Origin: an uncultured virus (IMG/VR IMGVR_UViG_3300010998_000493)
Lineage: Duplodnaviria; Heunggongvirae; Uroviricota; Caudoviricetes
Virus record (IMG/VR): IMGVR_UViG_3300010998_000493
DNA length: 64,000 nt
Direction: 5' to 3' (one strand)
Shown in pieces: positions 47,762 to 58,730 of this stretch (the stretch's first letter is position 1; every line of letters begins with the position of its first letter). Under the pieces are notes generated by a model. That model was not told the DNA's origin. It made no database searches and was given only the letters and a program-made list of their open reading frames with translations. The translations under genes were made by a program, and so were the position numbers.

Positions 47762-48256
47762 ATGAAAACAATATATCAGTTACAGCAAACAGCTGCCCGT
47801 CTCCGTACGGTGACGGAGGTAGATAGTATAAGTCCCGAGGATGTCTTCGGTCTTCTGTCAGATGTATTGGAGTATCTTGCCGACATGGAGCAGAATGCGG
47901 AAGGCTTGGGCATCCACCAGGTATATGAGAGTTATGTCTCGATGGTCGCAGACGCTGAATCTCCTATCGGAACCAATGGCAAGGTATTACGGTTCGGTCA
48001 ACTTGTGGCAGTCTACGATAAGGACAACCCAGAACAGGCAGAAAATGGCAATGTGTATGCATGGCAGAAAGGCGAGTCTGGAACTGATGCATGGCTGCTG
48101 ATGGGCAACATTAACAGCGTGTCCGCTATACTGCATGCCATAGATGACCTGAAAAATGAGAAAGTCACCCTGACGGAGTCGGAATACAAAGCTCTCGTTG
48201 ATACTGACATGGTAGATAAAAATAAGTATTATTTCATTACAGATGACGAATCATGA
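47762..48256 (+). CDS. Tail-region hypothetical protein
   Basis: C-terminal LTESEY..L..YYFI adaptor-like motif. Confidence 0.65.
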   Translation: MKTIYQLQQTAARLRTVTEVDSISPEDVFGLLSDVLEYLADMEQNAEGLGIHQVYESYVSMVADAESPIGTNGKVLRFGQLVAVYDKDNPEQAENGNVYAWQKGESGTDAWLLMGNINSVSAILHAIDDLKNEKVTLTESEYKALVDTDMVDKNKYYFITDDES

Positions 48257-48429
48257 TACGAAAAAACGGAAAAGATATTATTGCTCTGCGCAAAGGCATG
48301 TATACAGTGAACACTTTACACAAATGGTATATCCTGTTATGGAACGCAGTGAGGAGTTGCTTCGGATCAGGGAAGTGGGTCGGTGAAAAGACCTGGTCAA
48401 GTGAAGAGGGATGGAAGAACATTAAATAG
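48253..48429 (+). CDS. 58 aa Trp-rich tail-region protein (absent from the ORF track)
   Basis: MIRKNGKDII..LWNAVRSCFGSGKWVGEKTWSSEEGWKNIK; fills the gap with ATGA overlap. Confidence 0.75.
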   Translation: MIRKNGKDIIALRKGMYTVNTLHKWYILLWNAVRSCFGSGKWVGEKTWSSEEGWKNIK

Positions 48430-48437
48430 ATAAAATT

Positions 48438-51400
48438 ATGGCAAAAGTTATTGACGAGAAGATAGAGAGCAAGAACACCCCGTGGGAAGGCTATGCGGGT
48501 AGACGTGTGGAAGAGTACATTAAAACTGCACTTGATAACAAGGCCGGAGAGTTTTACCATGATGAGACGAAGGACATCGTCCTTGTCTTTGCCGGTGCGG
48601 CCGAGCGAGACGAGTATCTTGACCCTGAGACAACGGAGGAGCGCCGCAGTGAGCTGCTGCTGGGAAGTTTTGATGCTCCAGCGAACTATACGGCAGAAAT
48701 ATCAATGGCTACGCCAATGAGTAATGTCATCCTTGCAGGCAAGACTGGCAACTATGTGGATTTCACTTTTGACATCAAGAGCCGCACGGGAAGCAGTACG
48801 GGTGAATCTGTCCTTGTCACCTACACCATCAACAATGCCGGCAACATCAAGAAGATAACACAGATATACGCTGCGGGAACAAGTGTACACTTCCTTGTTG
48901 ACCAATATCTCAGCGCGGGTAACAACAACATCAGTGTTCACGTCACCGGCCGCAATACGCTCGTAAGTACAATCGCCGCAGTCAACTATACTGTTGTCGC
49001 TTTGGAACTGACGAGTGACTTTGACATCAGCCAGCCTGTGAGACAAGGCGACTATCTGGCAATTCCTTACACTCTGTCGGGTACCGGCGTGAAATATCTG
49101 GAATGGTATATTGACGGTGAGCTGCAACAAGACATAGATACGATTACAGACTTAAAGGTCAACCGTATAAAGAATATCGACACGACTGAATTGCCAGTCG
49201 GCAAACATAGCGTGCAAGCCAGGGCGTACTTTGCATCTTCCGGAACCAATTATTACGGTGCCACATTGTATTTTGACTTCGTCCTGACTCCGGCTGACGA
49301 TATATGGCAAGAGGATGTCACTTACATTCTCCTTTCATTTGTTCTCGACGCTCCGGTGACAAGCACAATCAGTATAGAGGCGACACAATATAAGGAGTAT
49401 TCCTTCGGCATTGCTGTATATGACAGTCGCTCACGTTCACTCGCATTGACTATCTCTGACAACGGACAGCAGATACAAGACCTCACGATGGTCCCTGACG
49501 TGGCACGGCAGATACCATACATACCCACGACGACAGGAAATCATGTGCTGACATTCTCATGTGATGAAGCTACGGTATCTATCAACGCATCGGTAGTTAG
49601 CGGTGACGTGGACATTAACGAGGTAACGGAGGATGTCCTGCTTAAGCTCTCTGCCAAGGGCAGGAGTAACAGTGAGGTGGACCCTGCCAAATGGGTGTAT
49701 GGAAACATCACAACTACGTTCAACGGTTTTAGCTGGAATGAGCAAAGCGGCTGGAATAACGGTGTCTTGACCATACCGGCAGGGGCAAGCATAGACATCA
49801 GTTTTGCGCCTCTGGGCGGCAACCCTGTTACAAGAGGGCGCACTATCGAGATAGACTACGAGACTGCGAACATAGAGAACGATGATGCAAGCGTTATATC
49901 TCTTGTCAACAGCAACACCGGTGCAGGACTTGATATCACGGCATCCTCGGCTAAATTGCAGTCAAGCGGCGGTGCCAATGTGAACACCAAGTACAAGGAC
50001 GGTGACCGCGTGCATCTTGCTTTCATCATCAACAAGACTACAGGCGATAGCGGAAGGCTGATGTTCATTGTCAACAACGGTATATTGGAACGCGCCGCCA
50101 GCTTTGCAGCTACAGACGTGTTCCAGGTTGGAGACAATCTGCACATAGGTTCTGACGGCTGTACTGTTAAGATACACTCCATCCGTATATACGATAAGGC
50201 ACTTACTGCCGACGAGGCTTTCTGTAACTATGCCGTTGACTCCGACAATCTCATTGAAATAGCAAGCAACAATGACATACTTAATGAAAGCACCGGCCTG
50301 ATAGATGCGGACAAGGTCAACGCCAAAGTGCCGATTATGATCATCACCGGTGATATGCAGCCGATATTTGACGCTACGAGCAAGGACGCTACCGTCTATG
50401 TGGATTTGGAGTATCGTAATCTGCAGGACCAGTCCAAGAATTTCACAGCCACCCATGTCAGGATGAGACCGCAGGGTACTTCATCATTGGGCTATCCAAG
50501 GAAGAACCTCCGCCCTTACACTGCCTCGAAATACGGTTGCGTGATGTATGATGCCAATGGCGAAGTGATAGAGAACGGCCTGTATGCTTTCAAAGACGGT
50601 GCGCAGCCTGTCAACTGCTGGACGCTTAAAGCGGACTATGCGGAATCGTCAGGCTCTCACAATACCGGCGTTGCACGTCTGTGGAATGAACTGATGTACA
50701 ACTGCCAGCTCAACGGTGAATTTGCCTTGCGCACCAACGCACAGAAGGCGGCACTGCAGGCAGGCTATAACTATGACGTGCGTACTACGGTAGACGGATT
50801 TCCCATCGTGGTATTTCACAGGCAGACCGTGAACTCGGAACTTGTTTGCCTGGGGCAATACAACTTCAACAACGACAAGTCCACGGAGAAGGTGTTTGGC
50901 TTTACCGACATCCCCGGCTTTGACAACAAAGACGTGCAGTGTTTTGAGTTTTTGGCGAATGAGAGTCCTATCTGTCTGTTTGACGACATATCCGAATTTG
51001 ACACCAAGTGGAGTGACGCTTTTGAAAGCCGTTATCCCGACACAAAGACACCGGACCTCGTTCCTCTGAAGACCCTTGCGACATGGATTAACAGCTGTAA
51101 GGAAAATCAGGAGAAATGGAACGAGGAGAAAGCGAGCCATTTTGATTTGCCCAAACTGGCAGCATACTATGTCTATCTGATGCGCTTCGGGGCAGTTGAC
51201 CAGACTGTGAAGAACGCCATGATAACGACAGAAGACGGCGAACACTGGTTCTTCATCAACTACGATAACGACACCATCCTTGGTATTGACAACATCTCCA
51301 CTGTGCTTAACGCATGGAACTATGACCGCAGCTCACGGAAAGCAGGCGGAGCATATTACTACGCAGGACACAACTCTGTACTATGGAATTGCTTTGAGGC

Positions 51401-54400
51401 AGACCCTGAATGTATGGCATTGGCGCGCGAGGTGGACAACGCCCTGTATAGTGCCGGACTGACCTATGCCAATATGGTACGGATGTTTGACGAAGAGCAG
51501 TGCGATAAATGGTGCGAGCGCATTTATAACGACAACGGCATATATAAATACATCCAGCCTTTCAAGGAGAAGGGTTCTGCCGTCCTCTACATGCTGCAAG
51601 GCAGCCGTAAGAGTTACAGACGTTGGTGGTTGCAGCATCGCATGGACTTGTATGATGCGATGTGGGCTACAGGCGCTTTCCGGAATCGTATCGTCCGTTT
51701 TATTGCTGAAGGCGCAGAAGGCGGCACGTTTAGGATTACTTCCGCCTCTGACACATATTTCGGTTACGGCATCAACAGCGTGATACAAGAGTCCGGCGTG
51801 AGAGTGGAAAAGAACGCCGTTCATGATTTTACTATCAGCAGAACGCTTGCCATCGGAGACCCTGTCTCTGTATATAACGCCAACAATATATCCAGGATTG
51901 ACCTCAGTGATTTTGCTGCGAAGATGACGACTTTGTACATCAACCAGGCTGTAGGCAATGACGGGAAAAGTTCCCTGAAGAGCCTTATCCTCGGTGACGG
52001 GACGACAGAGAATGTCGTGTTTACGGAAATCGGCGGTCTGAGCGCTATCACGGGGATTGAAGAAATTGACATAAGGAATTTCAAGGTAGTCACTAACGTG
52101 GAACTTTCGGCACTGCAAAATCTGCATATCTTCAAAGCTGCAGGCAGCGGACTTACTTCATTCGTTCCTGCGACAGGTGTGACACTGACGGAAGTGTCGC
52201 TCCCTGATGTATTGCAGAGCATTGTCCTTAACGGTGCTGATGTGTCATCGCTGACTTACACTCCGGCTACGGCATTACGGAGCGTGTCATTGAGAAATGT
52301 CACCGGCGCATGGGATGCCAGAGGGTTTGTCTTGGCATGGCTTGAGATGCTGTCAGACAATGACAGATTCGCCGAAGCGGAATTGACGCTGGCTGGTATT
52401 GACTGGAGAATGACACCGACGCAGGCCATTGCCATGGGTAAGATTGGTGTAAAGAATTACAGAGGCAAGATAACATTGCCCAGCCTGTCGGAGAGCGAGT
52501 ATCTCCAACTGGTGGAACTGTATGGTGAAAACGTGTTCAAGCCGGGCAGCAGTTTTGTCATCGACGCTCCGGCAGGCATCATACTCAGAGGACCTGAGAA
52601 ACTTGTTGAAGGAACTTCAAACAAATATAATGCCATCGTCTTTCCTGCAAGCGAGACTCCTGCACTGTATCTGTTATACTCAGGAACCACTCTGATAGAA
52701 AGACAGCAAGACAGTGAGACGGGAGAATATTTCCGCCAATACAATAATGTGCGTCTCTGGGAGTCTACAGGTGTAATTGAAACGACAGGAACTATAAGTT
52801 CAAGTTTCAGTCTGAGGGTAAGGGCGCAAATAAGCGGTACGACAACTTATTCAGATTACATCACTTTCCAAGTTGTCAGATACACATATCCTGATGAAAG
52901 CTCAACGTCCGTGCAAGGTGAAAACAAACTCTCAGCTACGGGTGAATATCAGTATGGCATCGTCTTTAATACAGAATTTAGCGCAGACATCGCCAGTTTG
53001 CAATGGTCGCTTGTCGCTCCAAGTGGCGAAGGTGACAACGTCGTCTCCATCAAATCGGGCCAGACGGAAACGCAAGAGACAACACTTGTCGTCGGCGATG
53101 AATTTGACACGGCGGAAACCATCAAGAGCCCTGTCACATTGCAATGTCTCATCAGGTTCTATGGGCCGGACGGTGAGACTATAGGCAAAGAATATACCGT
53201 GGAGAAAAGTGTCACTGTCAGGCGTGCGAGCGGAATTGACTGCGTGTATAGAGGAGCTTACGGTTCGCCAGTGACCTTTTTCGATTCGAGTGCGCGACAA
53301 TATGTGAAGAGTATGGAGATAGACGGCGAGCCGGTAGAGATAAAAAATACTTATCCGTTCACGGACGCAAAACTTCACGAAGTACATATTGAGCTGAAAA
53401 ACAATACGATTATCCCTTCCAATTTTTTTTATTACTGTACAGGTCTGGTCTCTTTCTCTATTGCTAATACTTTCAAAAGTATAAGCCAAAGAGCCTTTTT
53501 TTATTGTATCAATCTTACAGAAGTCATTATTCCCGACTCGGTGACAACTATAGGCAGTAGTGCTTTCTCTTCCTGCTCTGCTCTTACGAGTATAACAATA
53601 GGGAGCGGAGTGACAAGCATTCCAGGGGATATGTTGCAAGGGTGCACAAAACTTACCAGTATAGAAATCCCAGATTCAGTAAATTATATCAGAAATAGCG
53701 CGTTCGCCGGCTGCTCAAATTTAAAGAGAATCTTAATAGGTCGTGGGGTGAATACTATTGAATCAAGTGCTTTCTATGCTATTGAAGCCTTAGAGGAAAT
53801 AGTTGTGTCTTCGGAGAACAACAATTACAGTTCGGCCGACGGAGTTCTTTTCAACAAGGACAAGACAACCTTAATAAAATGTCCACAGGGTAAATCTGGG
53901 GTTTATACCATTCCAAACTCTGTAACGGGCATTGTAACATATGCGTTAATGGACTGCGATTTACTTACAGAACTCGTTATCCCTGATTCTGTAACGACAA
54001 ACATTAGCAATGATCTTATTCGTTCAGATTCGTTAAAAAAACTAACAATAGGTAGCGGTGTTTCACGTTTAGCAAATATTAATTTTAGATCTTTAGAAGA
54101 ATATATAGTATCTTCGGAGAACAACAATTACAGTTCGGCCGACGGAGTTCTTTTCAACAAGGACAAGACAACCTTAATAAAATATCCACAGGGTAAATCT
54201 GGGGTTTATACCATTCCAAACTCGGTGACAACTATAGGCATTAGTGCTTTCTATTCCTGCTCTGCTCTTACGAGTATAACCATTCCAAACTCGGTGACAA
54301 CTATAGGCGGTAATGCTTTCTCTTCCTGCTCTGCTCTTATCCTGCTCTGCTCTTACGAGTATAACCATTCCAAACTCGGTGACAAAATTTGATGGAGGAC

Positions 54401-55230
54401 GGGTGTTTATGGATTGCTCTGCTCTTACGAGTATAGTGATTCCCGACTCAGTGACAGATATGGGATACGAGGCTTTTTACGGATGTTCAAACCTGACAAG
54501 CGTGACGATTGGCAGCGGTGTGTTCTTATTAAGTAATAATGTTGGTGTAAAAAACTACGATTCTGATGCTTTCAAAGGATGTCCAAATATCACAAGTATA
54601 AGTGTATCTGCAGAAAACACTGTATATGACTCGCGAAACAACTGCAATGCTATCATTCGCAAATCAGACAATACACTTGTCGTCGGCTGTAAAGGAACAG
54701 TTATACCTGATTCGGTTGTTAGTATCGGTGAACGATCTTTTTATGGTTCTAAAATTACGAGCATAGAAATTCCTAACTCGGTGACAAGTATTGAAAAAGG
54801 AGCATTCTCTCAGTGTACATCATTAACGAGTTTAGTCATAGGCAGCAATGTAACGAGGATAGAATATGAAGCATTTTATCATTGTGCAATCACGAGTGTA
54901 ACCATTCCTGACCCGGTGAACACTATAGGCGACCGTGCGTTCATAGATTGCAGTAATCTCACGAGTGTAATAATAGGCAGCGGAGTGACAAGCATAGGTC
55001 ATAGCGCTTTTTCTTACTGTCCAAATCTTGAAACAATAACCATCAACCTTCAGGTAGCTCCGAGTTATCAGTTCGGAACTAACTCATCAACCGCAGGCTA
55101 CAACAAGCGCACGTCTGGAACGAACAGACTGTACGTGCCTGCTAATGCCACGGGGTATGAGTCAGGAGACTGGGTGGCTTACCTGTGCAACAGCAACTAT
55201 GGCGGATTCACGTTATCGAAAACCTTATAA
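48438..55230 (+). pseudogene. Giant tail/receptor-binding protein (Ig/LamG-like, CotH-kinase-like and BspA-type LRR domains), frameshifted by a 16-bp duplication
   Basis: ORFs 48438-54392 and 54313-55230 join into 2258 aa if one TCCTGCTCTGCTCTTA copy (54324-54355) is removed; QGTSS..YPRKN, TLKADYAESS, YDNDT and IPDSVTTIG..AF repeats. Confidence 0.85.
53808..54223 (+). repeat. 113-bp direct repeat within the LRR region
   Basis: 53808-53920 vs 54111-54223, one mismatch (G53881/A54184). Confidence 0.92.
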
Positions 55231-55252
55231 CAACATACAAAACGACAGGATT

Positions 55253-55618
55253 ATGTACAGCAAAGGAGAAATGACTTATGCGGACGCAGGCAAGCTGCTG
55301 GTGGGCGATAAGGTAATCGCCTACCAGGTGCCTGGCGACGGCAGCGGATTTACGGAAGAGGTGATAAACATTGACGACATGCGCGTGGAGGACGGGTACC
55401 TTGTGTATTCCGGCGGAAGGCTGAGAGAGCCTTACCGTCCGCACGAGACCTACGCCAGTCTGAAGACGCGACTGGTGAAGCGGCGTTACAGCAATGATGA
55501 CCAGATAGCCATCATGCTCAATGATGACGCAGAGGCAATGGAGAAGATGCAGGAGTGGCGCGCATGGAGCGCACGGCTCGCACACAAAATATTGTCAATG
55601 CAAAGAGAGGAGGAATAA
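55253..55618 (+). CDS. Tail fibre-associated protein
   Basis: RRYSNDDQIAIMLN..MQEWRAW motif; follows the fibre gene. Confidence 0.65.
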   Translation: MYSKGEMTYADAGKLLVGDKVIAYQVPGDGSGFTEEVINIDDMRVEDGYLVYSGGRLREPYRPHETYASLKTRLVKRRYSNDDQIAIMLNDDAEAMEKMQEWRAWSARLAHKILSMQREEE

Positions 55619-55620
55619 TC

Positions 55621-55962
55621 ATGGACTGGCTGAATTATGTTTTATCAGTGCTGACACTGATTGCCGGCGGCGGGTGGTTCGTCAATTACAGAGCAAAGAA
55701 GATGCAGGCTGAGGCCGACGGCTGGAAGTCACAACAGGAAGTGTACCAACGGACCATAGCGGACCTCGAAAAGAGCTGCGAGTTTATCAGGGCTGATCGG
55801 GACCTGCTACGCAAAGAAAACGAGGAACTGCGTGCAGAGAATATGGACTGGCACAAGAAGTTCCAAGAACTCAGCACGAAATTCCAAGAACTGCAAGAGA
55901 AAGTGGCACGACAGGGACGCAGGATTGAGGCACTTACAAAGGAAAGCAAGAAAAAACAATGA
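55621..55962 (+). CDS. TM plus coiled-coil lysis-region protein (holin-like)
   Basis: N-terminal hydrophobic helix, long coiled coil, precedes the endolysin. Confidence 0.6.
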   Translation: MDWLNYVLSVLTLIAGGGWFVNYRAKKMQAEADGWKSQQEVYQRTIADLEKSCEFIRADRDLLRKENEELRAENMDWHKKFQELSTKFQELQEKVARQGRRIEALTKESKKKQ

Positions 55963-56438
55963 CACTCATGGAAATATCACAGACAGGTATCGATTTTATA
56001 AAGAAGTTTGAAGTACTCAAATTGTACGCATATAGAGATAGTGTAGGTGTCCCGACAATAGGGTATGGGCATACAAAGGGCGTGTACATGGGCATGGCCA
56101 TCACACAGAAACAAGCCGAAGACCTGTTCCAAGAGGACGTCACACCTATAGAGAAGATGCTAAACGGCATGGGTATCAATTTCCGGCAGGGACAGTTTGA
56201 TGCACTCTGCTCCTGGATATTCAACCTCGGACAGGGCAAATTCAACTCTTCCACGATGAAGAGATACATCGTCGCAAAAAAGGCTGACATGGACATCACT
56301 GACCAGATGGTCAAGTGGTATTACGCCGGAGGCCAGCCGCTTCTCGGACTGAAACGGCGCAGATGCGCTGAGGCGAACATGTGGCTGGGAAGAGAGGTGT
56401 ACTACGTTGACGCAAAAGGACAGATATGCAAAAGATAA
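55959..56438 (+). CDS. Endolysin, GH24 lysozyme
   Basis: FE..LYAYRDSVGVPTIGYGHT, QFDALCS, GLKRRR..E. Confidence 0.95.
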   Translation: MTLMEISQTGIDFIKKFEVLKLYAYRDSVGVPTIGYGHTKGVYMGMAITQKQAEDLFQEDVTPIEKMLNGMGINFRQGQFDALCSWIFNLGQGKFNSSTMKRYIVAKKADMDITDQMVKWYYAGGQPLLGLKRRRCAEANMWLGREVYYVDAKGQICKR

Positions 56439-56956
56439 TATACTGGATAGTGACATTCCTCTCAGGATGTATCATCGGAGCCTGTCTTCGGGAGAAAGAA
56501 GAGCATACTGACAGAGAGAGCGTCAGGGACACCGTCATCGACACAGTAAGGATAGACATGCCGGTGGCAAGGGACAGCGCGGTGGTAAGATACATAAAAG
56601 TCGTTGTGCCTGTAAAAAAAGACACAGAAACAGGCAAAAATTATGCGCAAAATTCAGCGGAAATTATGCACGGGGAGCCATGCCCTGCACTGGCAGTTGA
56701 CAGCGACAGTGTGAGCGTGGTTCTTCCCGTCACGCAGAAGCACTACAAGGACAGCGCATACGACGCATGGGTGAGCGGCTATATGCCACGGCTTGACAGC
56801 ATCAGGGTATATCAGAGGACAATCACCAACACTATACACAGGAAACAGCCGAGGCTGTCCGTCGGCGTTGTCGGCGGCTACGGCTACGGCATGAGCAGCC
56901 GGAGATTTGAGCCGTTTATCGGCATCGGCGTGAGTTACAGGCTTTATCCGCCATAA
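56426..56956 (+). CDS. Spanin-like lysis accessory protein (DUF6808-like)
   Basis: N-terminal TM, YDAWVSGY..LDSI, C-terminal beta-hairpin GYG..PFIGIGVSY. Confidence 0.65.
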   Translation: MQKIIYWIVTFLSGCIIGACLREKEEHTDRESVRDTVIDTVRIDMPVARDSAVVRYIKVVVPVKKDTETGKNYAQNSAEIMHGEPCPALAVDSDSVSVVLPVTQKHYKDSAYDAWVSGYMPRLDSIRVYQRTITNTIHRKQPRLSVGVVGGYGYGMSSRRFEPFIGIGVSYRLYPP

Positions 56957-56959
56957 AGA

Positions 56960-57105
56960 AAAGGGCCAGGGAAATAAAAAATCCCCTGGCTTTATAAAAA
57001 GAAGAACCACCAACTTAATATAAAAGATGCACCTATCACATCGTGACCAGGGGAATATGCCCTTATACACGATATGATAGGTTTATTTTTATTGGTGGTT
57101 CGGGT
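56960..57105 (-). ncRNA. Candidate ~145 nt structured RNA (long hairpin plus terminator)
   Basis: TAATTTTG on minus at 57107-57114; stems 57004-57013/57092-57101 and 57031-57045/57068-57082; terminal hairpin 56965-56990. Confidence 0.6.
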
Positions 57106-57139
57106 GCAAAATTAAACAAAAAAAAATGATTTTGTACAA

Positions 57140-57367
57140 ATGAAAGTGGCGGAATTGTTGAGGCTCAACGGAGCAATGATGAAAAAGATGTCAGAGCATG
57201 ACGTCAGGATGGATGACTGGAGATTTGCCGGACTGTATGACGAATACGTCAAAATGAGGGACGAGGAAATGAAATACAGTGTGGCTGTGTACCGTCTGGC
57301 AGAGAGATACGGCGTGAGCGAGGCGACGGTGGAGAGGACCGTGAGGCGTCTGGGAAAGGAGTGCTGA
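57140..57367 (+). CDS. Small HTH protein (Mor-like C-terminal HTH)
   Basis: LAERYGVSEATVERTVRRL. Confidence 0.75.
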   Translation: MKVAELLRLNGAMMKKMSEHDVRMDDWRFAGLYDEYVKMRDEEMKYSVAVYRLAERYGVSEATVERTVRRLGKEC

Positions 57368-57479
57368 GGTGTCAGGAGATGACGTTTCAAAAAAGCGTGT
57401 TTTTCTTGCGGGTAATGTCGAGAACGCTAATTTTGTCGGTGTCGATGCCACTTTAATGACATTTAATACTATTTGAACA

Positions 57480-58118
57480 ATGAATAAATACTACAAATTA
57501 CTGGAGAAAATTCTGGAGAACGGAAAGACCCAGACGAACAAAAAAGGAAACATTTGTTACCTGCTCAATGAGCAGTTGTCATTGACGCCAGCCAATCTGC
57601 TTGACATCTTCGAGAGTCATGGTATAGCACGAAAAAAATTGAAGAATGAACTGCAACTGTTCATGCGGGGAGAGCGTAATGTTGAGCGATACCGCGATGT
57701 AGGAATCAACTGGTGGGACTATTGTGGTTCTATCCTGATAAACAGTTATCCAACCTATTTTGAGAAATTGCCTCCTCTTATTGCAAAAATCAATCGTGAG
57801 AAACGCAACAGCAAGAATTATGTGTTGTTCCTTGGCTCAACTGATGCAGAAAGTAATCAAACGCCTTGTTTGAGTTTGGTGCAGTTCCAGATTGATGAGG
57901 GAGAACTTGTCGTGTCTGCTTATCAGCGAAGTAGTGACGCAAATTTAGGTTTGCCGTCAGACATTTACCATCTTTATTTGATGGCTCGACAAATAGATTT
58001 GCCTCTCAAATCTATCACGCTGAATCTCGGAAATGTTCACATCTATGAGAACAATATAGAACGAACAAAGGACTTGCTCAATGGTCATGAGAATGTGAAG
58101 TTTGAATTTAATGTTTAA
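57480..58118 (+). CDS. Thymidylate synthase-fold enzyme, likely dCMP (hydroxy)methylase
   Basis: TPCLSLVQF catalytic Cys, YQRSSDANLGLPSD, NVHIYENN; Asp at the ThyA Asn177 position. Confidence 0.8.
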   Translation: MNKYYKLLEKILENGKTQTNKKGNICYLLNEQLSLTPANLLDIFESHGIARKKLKNELQLFMRGERNVERYRDVGINWWDYCGSILINSYPTYFEKLPPLIAKINREKRNSKNYVLFLGSTDAESNQTPCLSLVQFQIDEGELVVSAYQRSSDANLGLPSDIYHLYLMARQIDLPLKSITLNLGNVHIYENNIERTKDLLNGHENVKFEFNV

Positions 58119-58169
58119 AAGTGTCTGAATCGAAATGACGTTCAAGATATCTTAAAATAGTTTTCAAAT

Positions 58170-58232
58170 CACATTTCGTTTTTCTACTCAAAAAACACAT
58201 TTCGTTTTTGAAATTGCTCGCATTTCGTTTTG
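58170..58232 (-). repeat. Right-end transposase-binding sites R3-R1
   Basis: CATTTCGTTTT within 58170-58183, 58196-58210 and 58220-58232, inverted relative to the left-end sites. Confidence 0.88.
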
Positions 58233-58305
58233 CTGATTATATTTTGTAAGATCATAAGCATATAGATGAGGTCGTCATATCATAAAAAAAGTTATTATTT
58301 GCGTA

Positions 58306-58351
58306 TTTTTGATTTACATCTTGTGTAAATCAAAAATTATTCCTATCTTTG
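58306..58351 (+). promoter_or_regulatory. TA operon operator and promoter
   Basis: Perfect 13-bp IR TTTTTGATTTACA/TGTAAATCAAAAA (58306-58336); TATCTTTG 58344-58351. Confidence 0.75.
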
Positions 58352-58370
58352 CAGCAAAAATACAAGAGTT

Positions 58371-58709
58371 GTGAAAATTTCATTTGGAGATAAGCGGCTT
58401 GAAGATTACGCTTCAGACGAGAGAAAGCGTGTGAGAAAACTCGGTGCCATAAGAGCCAAGTTATACAAGCAGCGGCTTGATGACCTCTACGCGGCAAATA
58501 CGTTGGAAGAGGTCAGGTATCTGCCAGGTCATTATCACGAATTGACAGAGGACAGAAAGGGACAATGGGCTTGTGACCTGGATCAGCCATATAGACTGAT
58601 ATTCACTCCGACGGCCCAGCCTATCCCAACTGATCCTGATGGTAAGTATATATGGATTGAGATTGACAGTATTGAGATAGAAAAAATAGATAACTACCAC
58701 GGCAAATAG
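58371..58709 (+). CDS. higB: HigB/RelE-like toxin
   Basis: HELTEDRKGQWACDLDQPYRLIF..IDNYH. Confidence 0.85.
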   Translation: MKISFGDKRLEDYASDERKRVRKLGAIRAKLYKQRLDDLYAANTLEEVRYLPGHYHELTEDRKGQWACDLDQPYRLIFTPTAQPIPTDPDGKYIWIEIDSIEIEKIDNYHGK

Positions 58710-58730
58710 TAATAACTAAATATAAACAGT

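Larger units (their letters stand above)
21521..58240. mobile_element. Complete Mu-like (transposable) myovirus prophage, ~36.7 kb
   Basis: MuA/MuB, repressor, Gam, head, tail and lysis modules; inverted AAAACGAAATG sites at both ends; TATTTT present on both flanks (21515-21520, 58240-58245). Confidence 0.95.

Noticed and set aside
46849..55618. Mu-type invertible tail-fibre segment (gin)
   Set aside because: No invertase gene, no inverted fibre cassette and no gix-like inverted repeats noticed
57480..58118. Ordinary thyA auxiliary gene
   Set aside because: Asp replaces the dUMP-specifying Asn, His after the catalytic Cys is absent, and the protein is C-terminally short
48438..58240. Complete diversity-generating retroelement in the prophage
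   Set aside because: No reverse transcriptase, Avd-like gene or non-coding template repeat is visible; all repeats lie inside the coding region
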